This document shows positions 46,626 to 58,263 of a DNA stretch of 64,000 nt, piece by piece. How positions within the stretch are numbered: the first letter of the stretch is position 1; each line of letters opens with the position of its first letter. The stretch comes from Escherichia coli. Its GTDB lineage: Bacteria; Pseudomonadota; Gammaproteobacteria; Enterobacterales; Enterobacteriaceae. The position numbers were made by a program, and so were the translations under genes. The notes under the pieces were generated by a model. It was not told where the DNA came from, ran no database searches, and was given only the letters and a program-made list of their open reading frames with translations. The DNA is taken from assembly GCF_003018255.1 (NCBI RefSeq), contig NZ_CP027440.1; one strand, 5' to 3'.

Positions 46626-47078
46626 GATGACCGCACGGATAATCAGCGTTATCCCTTCTATCGCAATCACCTCAACATGCGTACCTGCACTGAGATCCTC
46701 GCTGGCGCTGACAGGCCATGAACTGTCACCGACGCGCATATGACCACGCCCGTTGACCAGCGGAGATTCCAGAACAAAACGTCGGCCAATCAACTGCTGC
46801 CCGCGCTGGTTTAAATGACTGTCGCTGTGCTTTTGTTCGCGCACCCGCCGCGACAACCATTTCCACCACAGCCAGGCGGCGAGCAGCGTCAGGACGGCAA
46901 ACATTACCCCTTGCCACTCCCAACCCAGCGGCAGCAACCAGACCACCAGACCGGTAATCACCGCTGCCACGCCGCTCCACAACAGATAACCATTGCCGCC
47001 CAACATCTCGGCTGCCAGCAGCAAACCGCCGAGACTTAGCCAGAAAATATGTGGATGAACGACCATTAACTCCATCAT
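46620..47078 (-). CDS. ybbJ: NfeD-family membrane protein YbbJ
   Basis: 152-aa ORF, three TMs plus C-terminal OB-like domain; overlaps qmcA by 4 nt. Confidence 0.92.
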   Translation of the reverse strand: MMELMVVHPHIFWLSLGGLLLAAEMLGGNGYLLWSGVAAVITGLVVWLLPLGWEWQGVMFAVLTLLAAWLWWKWLSRRVREQKHSDSHLNQRGQQLIGRRFVLESPLVNGRGHMRVGDSSWPVSASEDLSAGTHVEVIAIEGITLIIRAVIA

Positions 47079-47992
47079 GGCTGAGTCCGTTTGTTGGCGC
47101 TGTCTTTCACCAGCTCAGCAATCCCGGCAATCGACCCCATCAGGCTGCTGGCCTCTAATGGCATCATCACCACTTTGCTGTTACTGGACGAACCGATCTG
47201 CTGTAACGCTTCGGTGTATTTCTGTGCGACGAAGTAGTTCACCGCCTGAATATCACCGGAGGCAATGGCTTCAGACACCATTTTAGTGGCGCGGGCTTCT
47301 GCTTCAGCGGAACGTTCACGCGCTTCAGCCTGTAAAAACGCCGACTGACGTTCGCCTTCCGCTTTCAGGATTTGCGACTGTTTTTCACCTTCGGCTTTGA
47401 GGATTTCCGCCTGACGGATCCCTTCCGCTTCAAGGATGTAAGCGCGTTTGGTACGTTCCGCTTTCATCTGCGCGTTCATTGAAGAGATAAGCTCTGCCGG
47501 TGGGCGCACGTCGCGAATTTCAATACGGGTGACTTTAATCCCCCACGGGTTGGTGGCCTCATCGACAATACGCAGCAGGCGTGAGTTGATGCTGTCGCGC
47601 TGAGAGAGCATTTCGTCAAGTTCCATTGAACCCAGCACGGTACGGATGTTAGTCATGGTCAGGTTGATGATCGCCAGCTCCAGATTGCTGACTTCATAAG
47701 CCGCGCGCGGCGCGTCAATCACCTGAATAAAGCACACGGCGTCGATGGTAACGTTGGCGTTATCTTTCGAGATAACTTCCTGGGAAGGGATATCGAGCAC
47801 TTGCTCCATCATATTGATCTTGCGACCAATGCGATCCATAAACGGCACCACCAGACTGAGCCCCGGCTGTAACGTTTTGGTATAGCGACCAAAACGTTCT
47901 ACTGTCCACTGATAGCCCTGCGGCACGATTTTGACGCCCGCGCCGACAATGACCAGCGCGACAAAAATGAGAATCGGGATAAAGATAAGCAT
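47075..47992 (-). CDS. qmcA: SPFH/stomatin-like membrane protein QmcA
   Basis: 305-aa ORF, N-terminal TM, SPFH domain, Ala/Glu-rich coiled coil. Confidence 0.94.
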   Translation of the reverse strand: MLIFIPILIFVALVIVGAGVKIVPQGYQWTVERFGRYTKTLQPGLSLVVPFMDRIGRKINMMEQVLDIPSQEVISKDNANVTIDAVCFIQVIDAPRAAYEVSNLELAIINLTMTNIRTVLGSMELDEMLSQRDSINSRLLRIVDEATNPWGIKVTRIEIRDVRPPAELISSMNAQMKAERTKRAYILEAEGIRQAEILKAEGEKQSQILKAEGERQSAFLQAEARERSAEAEARATKMVSEAIASGDIQAVNYFVAQKYTEALQQIGSSSNSKVVMMPLEASSLMGSIAGIAELVKDSANKRTQP

Positions 47993-48137
47993 CGGAAAAA
48001 CCTCCTGTTGTACCGTCCATAATCAGCAAAATTGCTGCTTGATTAAACAAATTATACCTGATTACTGAAAGAGAGTTCCCCCTTATTCCTGCGAAGGATA
48101 AACTGTTTTTAGTAAAAATCAGAAAAAGGGAACAGTG

Positions 48138-48815
48138 ATGCAGGAAAATAGTCCTTTGCTTCAGCTACAAAACGTAGGATATCTGGCGGGTGATGCGAAG
48201 ATTCTTAATAACATCAATTTTTCGCTGCGTGCTGGCGAATTTAAGTTAATTACCGGTCCTTCTGGTTGTGGCAAAAGTACGCTGCTAAAAATAGTTGCTT
48301 CATTGATCAGCCCAACCAGCGGAACGTTACTGTTTGAAGGTGAGGATGTCAGCACACTAAAGCCAGAAATCTACCGCCAGCAAGTCTCTTATTGCGCCCA
48401 GACGCCGACGCTGTTTGGCGACACGGTATACGATAATCTGATCTTTCCCTGGCAGATCCGTAACCAGCAGCCTGACCCAGCCATTTTTCTCGATTTTCTC
48501 GAACGCTTCGCCTTACCGGACACCATTTTGACGAAGAATATCGCCGAGCTATCTGGTGGTGAAAAACAACGCATCTCATTGATTCGTAACCTGCAATTTA
48601 TGCCGAAGGTTTTATTGCTGGATGAAATAACCAGTGCGCTGGACGAAAGTAATAAACATAACGTTAATGAGATGATCCACCGTTATGTGCGCGAGCAAAA
48701 TATTGCCGTGCTGTGGGTGACACACGATAAAGACGAAATTAATCATGCGGATAAAGTGATTACACTGCAACCGCATGCCGGAGAAATGCAGGAAGCACGC
48801 TATGAACTCGCATAA
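48138..48815 (+). CDS. fetA: ABC ATPase FetA (iron export)
   Basis: 225 aa from ATG 48138; Walker A GPSGCGKST, signature LSGGEKQ, Walker B LLLDEITSALD. Confidence 0.93.
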   Translation: MQENSPLLQLQNVGYLAGDAKILNNINFSLRAGEFKLITGPSGCGKSTLLKIVASLISPTSGTLLFEGEDVSTLKPEIYRQQVSYCAQTPTLFGDTVYDNLIFPWQIRNQQPDPAIFLDFLERFALPDTILTKNIAELSGGEKQRISLIRNLQFMPKVLLLDEITSALDESNKHNVNEMIHRYVREQNIAVLWVTHDKDEINHADKVITLQPHAGEMQEARYELA

Positions 48816-49581
48816 TATTACTAACGAATCATTAGCACTGGCATTGATGCTGGTGGTGGTGGCAATCTTAATTAGCCATAAAGAAAAACTGGCGCTGGAG
48901 AAAGATATTCTCTGGAGCGTCGGGCGCGCGATAATCCAGCTGATTATTGTCGGCTATGTGCTGAAGTATATTTTCAGCGTGGATGATGCCAGCCTGACAT
49001 TATTGATGGTGTTATTTATCTGCTTTAATGCGGCGTGGAACGCGCAAAAACGCAGTAAATATATTGCTAAAGCTTTTATCTCATCGTTTATTGCCATTAC
49101 GGTCGGGGCGGGAATTACCCTGGCGGTGCTGATTCTCTCAGGGTCGATTGAATTTATCCCGATGCAGGTGATCCCTATCGCCGGGATGATAGCCGGCAAC
49201 GCCATGGTAGCGGTGGGGTTGTGTTACAACAATTTAGGGCAACGGGTCATTAGCGAACAGCAACAGATTCAGGAGAAACTGAGTCTTGGCGCGACGCCGA
49301 AACAGGCTTCAGCGATATTGATTCGCGACAGTATTCGCGCGGCTTTAATTCCGACGGTCGATTCAGCAAAAACGGTAGGCTTAGTGAGTTTACCAGGAAT
49401 GATGTCCGGGCTGATATTTGCCGGGATTGATCCGGTGAAGGCGATTAAATATCAGATTATGGTGACCTTTATGCTGCTCTCAACCGCCAGCTTGTCGACC
49501 ATTATTGCCTGCTATTTAACCTATCGTAAGTTTTACAATTCGCGCCACCAATTGGTGGTGACGCAATTGAAGAAGAAATGA
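48802..49581 (+). CDS. fetB: ABC permease FetB
   Basis: 259 aa from ATG 48802 (MNSHNITNESLALALML), overlaps fetA by 14 nt. Confidence 0.92.
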   Translation: MNSHNITNESLALALMLVVVAILISHKEKLALEKDILWSVGRAIIQLIIVGYVLKYIFSVDDASLTLLMVLFICFNAAWNAQKRSKYIAKAFISSFIAITVGAGITLAVLILSGSIEFIPMQVIPIAGMIAGNAMVAVGLCYNNLGQRVISEQQQIQEKLSLGATPKQASAILIRDSIRAALIPTVDSAKTVGLVSLPGMMSGLIFAGIDPVKAIKYQIMVTFMLLSTASLSTIIACYLTYRKFYNSRHQLVVTQLKKK

Positions 49582-49582
49582 T

Positions 49583-49613
49583 GCGATGCCGGACGCGCAG
49601 CATCGCATCCGGC
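49583..49613. repeat. REP-like hairpin between fetB and cnoX
   Basis: GATGCGATGCCGGACGCGCAGCATCGCATCCGGC imperfect palindrome. Confidence 0.7.
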
Positions 49614-49643
49614 GTTGTGGTTCATGTGCCGATCAACGGAAAC

Positions 49644-50540
<897 letters not shown>

Positions 50541-50558
50541 TTAAGCGCGCGCTTCAAC

Positions 50559-51368
50559 TCACCCCTGCAATATTTTGTCCATCACGCGCCCCGGCAGCAG
50601 GCGCTTAAGCACCATTACCGCCCAGGTCACCAGCGTTACCGGATAGCGCATCTTCGGCTTCTCGCTAATAAAAGCATGGCGTACTTTGTCCACCACCGCT
50701 TCCGGTCCCAACGTAAAGCGGGCGGCGATGCCGGGATTTTCGACTGGTTTATCACTTTGCGTCTGGTTGACGTTGTCGGTGAAGCGAGTACGAATGGGAC
50801 CGGGTTCGATCAGGCTGACTTTAATTCCACAGTGGCGTAGCTCCATGCGCAGCGCGTCTGACCACGCCTCCAGCGCATATTTACTGGCCGCGTAAGCACC
50901 ACGACCCGGCGTGGAGATTAATCCCATCACCGATGAGGTCATCACAATACGCCCTTCACCGTGCGGTAACATCGCGGGTAACAGGCGCATGGTGAGCTGG
51001 TGTGCGCCGAAAAAGTTGGCGGAAAACTGCTGTTCCATCTGCGCACGGCTGATGGTGGAAAGGGGGCCATACATGCCGAATCCGGCATTGTTAAAGATCC
51101 CATACAGACAATTATCGGTCAGGGCGATCACCTCGTTGGCTGCGCGATCAACACTTTCTGGTGAATCCAGATCGATCAACACGCCGGTAAATCCCATGCT
51201 GTTCATGCGCTCAACATCATCCGGTTTCCGGCAACCTGCCAGCACATGAAAACCCTGGCGTTTTAATTCGAGCGCGCTTTCCAGGCCAATTCCACTGGAA
51301 CATCCGGTAATTAAGACCGATTTTTGCATAACTTTACCTGTCAGGATCTCCGTTGCTTTATGAGTCAT
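50559..51368 (-). CDS. ybbO: Short-chain dehydrogenase/reductase YbbO
   Basis: 269-aa ORF; TGCSSGIG cofactor motif, YAASK catalytic motif. Confidence 0.93.
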   Translation of the reverse strand: MTHKATEILTGKVMQKSVLITGCSSGIGLESALELKRQGFHVLAGCRKPDDVERMNSMGFTGVLIDLDSPESVDRAANEVIALTDNCLYGIFNNAGFGMYGPLSTISRAQMEQQFSANFFGAHQLTMRLLPAMLPHGEGRIVMTSSVMGLISTPGRGAYAASKYALEAWSDALRMELRHCGIKVSLIEPGPIRTRFTDNVNQTQSDKPVENPGIAARFTLGPEAVVDKVRHAFISEKPKMRYPVTLVTWAVMVLKRLLPGRVMDKILQG

Positions 51369-51984
51369 GATTTACTAAAGGCTGCAACTGCTTCGCCATC
51401 CAGTCGGCAATAAACGGCTGGGCGTCGCGGTTGGGATGAATACCGTCATCCTGCATCCATTGTGGTTTGAGGTAGACCTCTTCCATAAAAAAGGGCAGCA
51501 GCGGAACATCAAACTCTTTGGCGAGTTTGGGGTAAATGGCGCTAAAGGCTTCATTATAACGGCGACCATAGTTTGCAGGCAGACGTATTTGCATTAACAA
51601 TGGTTCAGCGTTGGCGGCTTTGACATCCTGCAATATCTGGCGCAGCGTTTGCTCGGTTTGTTGTGGCTGAAAACCACGCAAACCGTCATTGCCGCCCAGT
51701 TCTACCAGCACCCAGCGCGGCTGATGCTGTTTCAGCAGAGCCGGAAGGCGCGCCAGCCCTTGTTGCGAGGTGTCGCCGCTGATGCTGGCATTGACTACCG
51801 ACGTTTTACTCTGCCACTTATCGTTCAACAAGGCAGGCCAGGCCGCGCTGGCAGACATTCGATACCCGGCGCTCAGGCTATCACCCAGAATCAATAACGT
51901 GTCCGCTGCGGCGGCACGGAAGGTTAACAGGACCAGGAACAGGAAGGGCAAATGCCAGCGGAAAACATTGTTGAAGTTCATCAT
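51358..51984 (-). CDS. tesA: Periplasmic SGNH multifunctional thioesterase I/protease I/lysophospholipase L1
   Basis: 208 aa from ATG 51984 (MMNFNNVFRWHLPFL...), GDSLSAG block I. Confidence 0.95.
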   Translation of the reverse strand: MMNFNNVFRWHLPFLFLVLLTFRAAAADTLLILGDSLSAGYRMSASAAWPALLNDKWQSKTSVVNASISGDTSQQGLARLPALLKQHQPRWVLVELGGNDGLRGFQPQQTEQTLRQILQDVKAANAEPLLMQIRLPANYGRRYNEAFSAIYPKLAKEFDVPLLPFFMEEVYLKPQWMQDDGIHPNRDAQPFIADWMAKQLQPLVNHDS

Positions 51985-52638
51985 CTTAAGAAGTCCGTCG
52001 GTCAGGGGGAGCATGAACTCTCCATCCTCACCGGAGTTGAGCTGGTTGTCAAACGTGGCGAGACCATCGCACTGGTGGGCGAGTCGGGATCGGGTAAGTC
52101 AACTTTGCTGGCGATCCTCGCCGGGCTGGATGACGGCAGCAGTGGCGAAGTGAGTCTGGTGGGACAACCGCTACATAATATGGACGAAGAAGCGCGGGCA
52201 AAGTTGCGCGCGAAGCACGTCGGCTTTGTTTTTCAGTCATTTATGTTAATTCCTACCCTTAACGCGCTGGAAAACGTCGAGCTTCCGGCGCTGCTGCGCG
52301 GTGAGAGTAGCGCGGAAAGTCGTAACGGGGCGAAAGCGTTGCTCGAACAGTTAGGGCTGGGTAAACGTCTGGATCATCTTCCGGCACAGCTTTCCGGCGG
52401 TGAACAGCAACGAGTGGCGCTGGCACGAGCCTTTAACGGTCGACCTGATGTGCTGTTTGCCGACGAACCCACCGGCAATCTTGACCGACAGACGGGCGAT
52501 AAAATTGCCGACCTGCTATTTTCCCTCAACCGTGAGCATGGCACCACGTTGATTATGGTGACCCACGACCTGCAACTGGCGGCACGCTGCGACCGCTGCT
52601 TACGGCTGGTGAACGGGCAATTGCAGGAGGAAGCATGA
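51952..52638 (+). CDS. ybbA: ABC ATPase YbbA (LolD/MacB-like)
   Basis: 228-aa ORF; GESGSGKST, LSGGEQQR, LFADEPTGNLD; 5' end overlaps divergent tesA by 33 bp. Confidence 0.94.
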   Translation: MPAENIVEVHHLKKSVGQGEHELSILTGVELVVKRGETIALVGESGSGKSTLLAILAGLDDGSSGEVSLVGQPLHNMDEEARAKLRAKHVGFVFQSFMLIPTLNALENVELPALLRGESSAESRNGAKALLEQLGLGKRLDHLPAQLSGGEQQRVALARAFNGRPDVLFADEPTGNLDRQTGDKIADLLFSLNREHGTTLIMVTHDLQLAARCDRCLRLVNGQLQEEA

Positions 52639-55049
52639 TTGCACGTTGGTTCTGGCGCGAATGGCGCTCGCCGTCGCTATTAATTGTCTGGCTGGCGCTA
52701 AGCCTGGCGGTGGCCTGCGTGCTGGCGCTGGGCAATATCAGCGATCGCATGGAGAAGGGCTTAAGCCAGCAAAGCCGGGAGTTTATGGCGGGCGATCGGG
52801 CGTTGCGCAGTTCACGCGAAGTGCCACAAGCGTGGCTGGAGGAAGCGCAAAAGCGCGGCCTGAAAGTCGGCAAGCAGCTGACTTTCGCCACAATGACCTT
52901 TGCAGGCGACACACCGCAGCTGGCGAACGTCAAAGCGGTGGATGATATCTACCCGATGTATGGCGATCTGCAAACTAATCCCCCTGGCCTGAAACCGCAG
53001 GCGGGCAGCGTATTGCTGGCCCCACGCCTGATGGCACTGCTTAACCTGAAAACAGGCGACACCATCGACGTGGGTGATGCCACCTTGCGGATTGCCGGAG
53101 AAGTGATTCAGGAACCGGATTCCGGTTTTAACCCCTTCCAGATGGCTCCGCGTCTGATGATGAATCTGGCGGATGTCGATAAAACCGGAGCCGTGCAGCC
53201 GGGGAGTCGGGTCACCTGGCGCTATAAATTCGGCGGCAGCGAGAACCAGCTCGACGGCTATGAGAAATGGTTGTTACCCCAGCTTAAACCTGAACAACGC
53301 TGGTACGGTCTGGAACAGGACGAAGGCGCGCTGGGGCGATCGATAGAACGTTCGCAACAGTTCCTGCTGCTTTCGGCGCTTCTGACCTTGCTGCTGGCGG
53401 TGGCGGCGGTTGCGGTGGCGATGAATCATTACTGTCGCAGTCGCTACGACTTGGTGGCGATCCTCAAGACGCTGGGGGCAGGGCGAGCGCAACTGCGTAA
53501 GTTAATCGTCGGTCAGTGGTTGATGGTGCTGGCGCTTTCAGCCGTTACCGGTGGTGCGATAGGCCTGTTGTTCGAAAACGTGTTGATGGTGCTGCTCAAG
53601 CCCGTTTTGCCTGCTGCACTACCGCCAGCCAGCCTCTGGCCGTGGTTGTGGGCGCTGGGCACCATGACGGTCATCTCGCTGCTGGTGGGGCTACGACCGT
53701 ACCGCTTGTTGCTGGCAACGCAGCCTTTACGCGTATTACGTAATGATGTGGTCGCGAACGTCTGGCCGCTGAAGTTTTATCTGCCGATTGTCAGTGTGGT
53801 GGTTGTGCTGCTGCTCGCCGGATTAATGGGTGGCAGCATGCTGCTTTGGGCGGTGCTGGCGGGCGCGGTAGTACTGGCTTTGCTGTGCGGTGTGCTGGGC
53901 TGGATGCTGCTGAATGTACTTCGCCGCATGACGCTGAAATCGCTACCTCTGCGCCTGGCGGTTAGCCGCCTGTTACGTCAGCCGTGGTCAACGTTAAGCC
54001 AGCTTTCGGCATTTTCGCTCTCCTTTATGCTGCTGGCGCTGTTGCTGGTATTGCGTGGCGATCTGCTCGACCGCTGGCAGCAGCAGCTACCTCCAGAAAG
54101 CCCGAACTACTTTTTAATTAACATCGCCACAGAACAGGTAGCACCGCTAAAAGCGTTCCTCGCGGAACATCAGATAGTCCCGGAATCGTTTTATCCGGTG
54201 GTGCGGGCGCGGCTGACGGCGATTAACGATAAGCCGACAGAAGGCAATGAAGATGAGGCGCTCAATCGCGAACTCAATCTTACCTGGCAAAATACGCGGC
54301 CCGATCATAATCCGATTGTCGCCGGTAACTGGCCGCCAAAAGCCGATGAAGTGTCGATGGAAGAGGGGCTGGCGAAACGCTTAAACGTTGCCCTCGGTGA
54401 TACCGTGACTTTTATGGGCGATACCCAGGAGTTCCGCGCTAAAGTGACCAGCCTGCGCAAAGTGGACTGGGAAAGTCTGCGGCCTAATTTCTATTTTATT
54501 TTCCCTGAAGGGGCATTAGACGGGCAACCGCAGAGCTGGCTTACCAGTTTCCGCTGGGAGAATGGCAACGGCATGTTGACGCAACTCAACCGCCAGTTCC
54601 CTACTATTAGCCTGTTAGACATTGGCGCGATTTTAAAACAGGTCGGTCAGGTGCTGGAGCAGGTAAGTCGGGCGCTGGAGGTGATGGTGGTGCTGGTCAC
54701 CGCCTGCGGTATGTTGCTGTTGCTGGCACAGGTGCAGGTGGGAATGCGTCAGCGTCATCAGGAGCTGGTGGTGTGGCGCACACTCGGTGCGGGGAAAAAA
54801 CTGCTGCGTACCACGTTGTGGTGTGAGTTCGCCATGCTTGGGTTTGTTTCTGGCCTGGTAGCCGCAATTGGTGCGGAAACGGCGCTGGCAGTGTTGCAGG
54901 CGAAAGTGTTTGATTTTCCGTGGGAGCCAGACTGGCGATTGTGGATTGTGCTGCCGTGCAGCGGTGCACTGCTGCTGTCGCTTTTCGGCGGCTGGCTGGG
55001 TGCGCGACTGGTTAAGGGTAAGGCGCTGTTCAGGCAGTTTGCGGGATGA
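52635..55049 (+). CDS. ybbP: FtsX/MacB-like ABC permease YbbP
   Basis: 804-aa ORF overlapping ybbA by 4 nt; duplicated FtsX-type TM bundles. Confidence 0.93.
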   Translation: MIARWFWREWRSPSLLIVWLALSLAVACVLALGNISDRMEKGLSQQSREFMAGDRALRSSREVPQAWLEEAQKRGLKVGKQLTFATMTFAGDTPQLANVKAVDDIYPMYGDLQTNPPGLKPQAGSVLLAPRLMALLNLKTGDTIDVGDATLRIAGEVIQEPDSGFNPFQMAPRLMMNLADVDKTGAVQPGSRVTWRYKFGGSENQLDGYEKWLLPQLKPEQRWYGLEQDEGALGRSIERSQQFLLLSALLTLLLAVAAVAVAMNHYCRSRYDLVAILKTLGAGRAQLRKLIVGQWLMVLALSAVTGGAIGLLFENVLMVLLKPVLPAALPPASLWPWLWALGTMTVISLLVGLRPYRLLLATQPLRVLRNDVVANVWPLKFYLPIVSVVVVLLLAGLMGGSMLLWAVLAGAVVLALLCGVLGWMLLNVLRRMTLKSLPLRLAVSRLLRQPWSTLSQLSAFSLSFMLLALLLVLRGDLLDRWQQQLPPESPNYFLINIATEQVAPLKAFLAEHQIVPESFYPVVRARLTAINDKPTEGNEDEALNRELNLTWQNTRPDHNPIVAGNWPPKADEVSMEEGLAKRLNVALGDTVTFMGDTQEFRAKVTSLRKVDWESLRPNFYFIFPEGALDGQPQSWLTSFRWENGNGMLTQLNRQFPTISLLDIGAILKQVGQVLEQVSRALEVMVVLVTACGMLLLLAQVQVGMRQRHQELVVWRTLGAGKKLLRTTLWCEFAMLGFVSGLVAAIGAETALAVLQAKVFDFPWEPDWRLWIVLPCSGALLLSLFGGWLGARLVKGKALFRQFAG

Positions 55050-55477
55050 TGAGAGTAAATAAGGGGCGTTCTGGTTGAATGGAACGCCTTGTTTAAATTA
55101 ATTCTACAATATGTTTCATTGATGATGTTATTGAATTGGTGATTTCCTATCTTTCTATTGCTGATATTAATCTGAATCGGTGGAGTTTAATGATTTTAAA
55201 TATAGCCCTACAAAAATAACTCAGACTAATAAAATCATAAATCATATGCGTTGAATGGATATTATCCATATAGTGAATTTGTTGATAATGAATTCATCTG
55301 TGCTAAAAATGTTAGTTTAATAAAATATTGAAAGTGACCTGTAATAACAGTTGTTGTTGATTGAGAACAAATAAGTTTATGTGAAAAATATATAAATACA
55401 TTAGCTGGTCTTGTGTGTCATTTTATTTTTTTGTTGCTAACACAGGGATATGAACAATAACTAAAAGGGCACTTTAT

Positions 55478-56933
55478 ATGAGCGGAAAACCAGCGGCGCG
55501 TCAGGGAGATATGACTCAGTATGGCGGTCCCATTGTCCAGGGTTCGGCAGGTGTAAGAATTGGCGCGCCCACCGGCGTGGCGTGCTCGGTGTGTCCGGGC
55601 GGGATGACCTCGGGCAACCCGGTAAATCCGCTGCTGGGGGCGAAGGTGCTGCCCGGCGAGACGGACCTTGCGCTGCCCGGCCCGCTGCCGTTCATTCTCT
55701 CCCGCACCTACAGCAGCTACCGGACGAAGACGCCTGCGCCGGTGGGGATTTTTGGCCCCGGCTGGAAAGCGCCTTCTGATATCCGCTTACAGATACGCGA
55801 TGATGTACTGGTACTCAACGACAACGGCGGACGGAGCATTCACTTTGAGCCGCTGCTGCCGGGTGAGGCGGTGTACAGCCGCAGCGAGTCCCTGTGGCTG
55901 GTGCGTGGCGGTAAGGCAACGCAGCCGGACGGCCACACGCTGGCACGGCTGTGGGCGTCGCTGCCGCCGGATATCCGGTTAAGCCCGCATCTTTACCTGG
56001 CGACCAGCAGCGCACAGGGGCCGTGGTGGATACTGGGGTGGTCTGAGCGGGTGCCGGGTGCTGAGGACGTACTGCCAGCGCCGCTGCCGCCGTACCGGAT
56101 GCTTACCGGGCTGGCGGACCGCTTCGGGCAGACGCTGACGTACCGGCGTGAGGCCGCCGGTGACCTGGCCGGGGAAATCACCGGCGTGACGGACGGTGCC
56201 GGGCGGGAGTTCCGTCTGGTGCTGACCACGCAGGCGCAGCGGGCGGAAGAGGCCCGTAAACAGCACACCGCTTCCTTATTTTCCCCTGACACCCCCCGCC
56301 CTCTTTCAGACTCTGCGTTCCCCGACACACTGCCCGGTACGGAATACGGCCCCGACAGGGGCATCCGTCTTTCGGCGGTGTGGCTGATGCACGACCCGGC
56401 ATACCCGGAAAGCCTGCCCGGTGCGCCACTGGCGCGGTACACGTATACGGAAGCCGGTGAACTGCTGGCGGTATATGACCGCAGCAATACGCAGGTGCGC
56501 GCTTTCACGTATGACGCGCAGCACCCGGGCCGGATGGTGGGGCACCGTTATGCGGGAAGGCCGGAGATGCGCTACCGCTACGACGATGCGGGGCGGGTGG
56601 TGGAGCAGCTGAACCCGACAGGCCTGAGTTACCGCTACCAGTATGAGCAGGACCGCATCACCATCACGGACAGCCTGAACCGGCGAGAGGTGCTGCATAC
56701 AGAAGGCGGGGCCGGGCTGAAGCGGGTGGTGAAAAAAGAACTGGCGGACGGCAGCGTCACGCACAGCGGGTATGACGCGGCAGGAAGGCTCACGGCACAG
56801 ACGGACGCGGCGGGACGGCGGACAGAGTACGGCCTGAATGTGGTGTCCGGCGATATCACGGATATCACCACGCCGGACGGGCGGGAGACGAAATTTTACT
56901 ATAACGACGGGAACCAGTTAACGGCGGTGGTGT
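55478..56933 (+). pseudogene. rhsD: Rhs polymorphic toxin gene, 5' fragment (PAAR-like N-terminus + start of YD-repeat core), cut by IS
   Basis: MSGKPAARQGDMTQYGGPIVQGSAGVRIGAPTGVACSVCPGG...; YD repeats; frame runs 12 codons into the IS and stops at 56969-56971; locus between ybbP and selU = K-12 rhsD position. Confidence 0.9.
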
Positions 56934-56967
56934 CCTTGACCCACGATATTCAGACAGTCGTTGTATC

Positions 56968-57849
56968 TTAAGTTGACGTTACCCGCTGACGTCGATATTC
57001 CCTTGGTGAGAGATAACCTAACGCACTATGCGGATGGGTTTCATTGTAATGCTCGATCGCCACTGCAAGGTTATGCAATGCCGTTCTTACATTCGGTTTC
57101 GGCATGAACGCGATGTAGTCTTCTTTCATCGTTTTCACGAACCTTTCTGCCATTCCATTGCTCTGAGGGCTACTGACTGCCGTTGTGCAGGGCTCCAGAT
57201 TCAACTCTCTGGCGAACTGCCGTGTTTCATGAGCTGTATAAGCCGAACCGTTATCAGTCAGCCACTGGATTGGCCGTTCCGCTCCTTTATCGCCAAAGCG
57301 TTTTTCTATTGCTCCTAACATGACATCCTGCACCGTTGCTTTGTCATAACCTCCCGTGCTTGCGGCCCAGTCTATGGCTTCACGATCGCAACAGTCCAGT
57401 GCGAACGTGACACGCAGTTTTGCGCCATCATCACAACCGAACTCAAAGCCATCGGAACACCAGCGCTGGTCGCTTTCCTTCACCGATATTCGGCCTTTAT
57501 GTTCCCGCTGCGGCCGTGAAGGTTTGTCATGTAACAACAACAGGTTATTTTCGCTCATTATCCGATAAACGCGCTTTGCATTCACGAACGGCACTCCTTT
57601 GTTACGGGACTGTCGTCTGAGAATGGCCCAGACACGACGATAGCCATATGTCGGCATATCGCTGATGATATCAAGGATACGTGCTAACACTTCCGCATCC
57701 GCAGCCTCATCACATCTGCGACGACGTTTATTCGGCTTATTACCAGATGTTTTCATCCGTTGTGCCAGTTGCGCACGCGACACGCCCAGAATACGGCTTA
57801 CCAGGGTTATTCCTTGTCCGTTGGCAACAAGGGCGCATGCGCTATCCAT
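56968..57849 (-). CDS. IS2-group transposase OrfB (DDE integrase core)
   Basis: 293-aa ORF; [25 protein letters not shown] (D,D,E); strong by-eye similarity to IS2 InsD. Confidence 0.9.
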   Translation of the reverse strand: MDSACALVANGQGITLVSRILGVSRAQLAQRMKTSGNKPNKRRRRCDEAADAEVLARILDIISDMPTYGYRRVWAILRRQSRNKGVPFVNAKRVYRIMSENNLLLLHDKPSRPQREHKGRISVKESDQRWCSDGFEFGCDDGAKLRVTFALDCCDREAIDWAASTGGYDKATVQDVMLGAIEKRFGDKGAERPIQWLTDNGSAYTAHETRQFARELNLEPCTTAVSSPQSNGMAERFVKTMKEDYIAFMPKPNVRTALHNLAVAIEHYNETHPHSALGYLSPREYRRQRVTST

Positions 57850-58199
57850 TTTCGCGACTGACCATACTCCACCGCTTCTTTGAGGATCTCAACTTCCATG
57901 GTTTTCTTACCCAGCAAGCGCTGTAACTCTTTTATTTGTTTTATAGCGGCAGCCAGTTCTGAGGCAGGAACGACATCCTCTCCGGCAGCAACAGCAGTGA
58001 GACTTCCTTCCAGATATTGTTTTTTCCACTTAAACAACAGGCTGGGCTGAATACCATGCAAACGCGCCACATGGGACACCGTCATACCGGGTTCCATTGT
58101 CTGCTGAATAATGGCGATTTTTTCCTGAGGAGTTTTACGTTTACGAAGCTCCTGCCCCAGCAAAATTCCAGTCATCTCAAAATTAGCACTAGTAGACAT
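57807..58199 (-). CDS. IS2-group transposase OrfA (HTH)
   Basis: [38 protein letters not shown]...[19 protein letters not shown] resembles IS2 InsC; start uncertain (ATG 58199, 58175 or 58232); overlaps orfB by 43 nt in the -1 frame. Confidence 0.85.
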   Translation of the reverse strand: MSTSANFEMTGILLGQELRKRKTPQEKIAIIQQTMEPGMTVSHVARLHGIQPSLLFKWKKQYLEGSLTAVAAGEDVVPASELAAAIKQIKELQRLLGKKTMEVEILKEAVEYGQSRKWIAHAPLLPTDKE

Positions 58200-58263
58200 A
58201 TATCCAAGCCTATCTCTTATTTTAAGATACATCCACTGTCTGGCGTTTCAAGGGGCCGGTTCA

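Larger units (their letters stand above)
56931..58263 (-). mobile_element. IS3-family, IS2-group insertion sequence (about 1333 bp)
   Basis: Imperfect terminal IRs TGTCCTTGACCCACGATATTCAGACAGTCGTTGTATCTTAA (from 56931) and TGAACCGGCCCCTTGAAACGCCAGACAGTGGATGTATCTTAA (rc from 58263), both close to IS2 IRR/IRL as I recall them; two overlapping transposase ORFs. Confidence 0.9.

Noticed and set aside
51952-51984. Divergent tesA and ybbA coding regions overlap by 33 bp at their 5' ends
   Set aside because: It looks unusual, but it follows from the accepted K-12 start codons for both genes. It is a conserved arrangement, not a new feature.
55050-55477. Very AT-rich 428-bp region upstream of rhs, checked for CRISPR-like or tandem repeats
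   Set aside because: I found no repeated units or spacers by eye. A gap of similar size separates ybbP and rhsD in K-12 as I recall, so it is most likely the H-NS-type silenced rhs leader or promoter.
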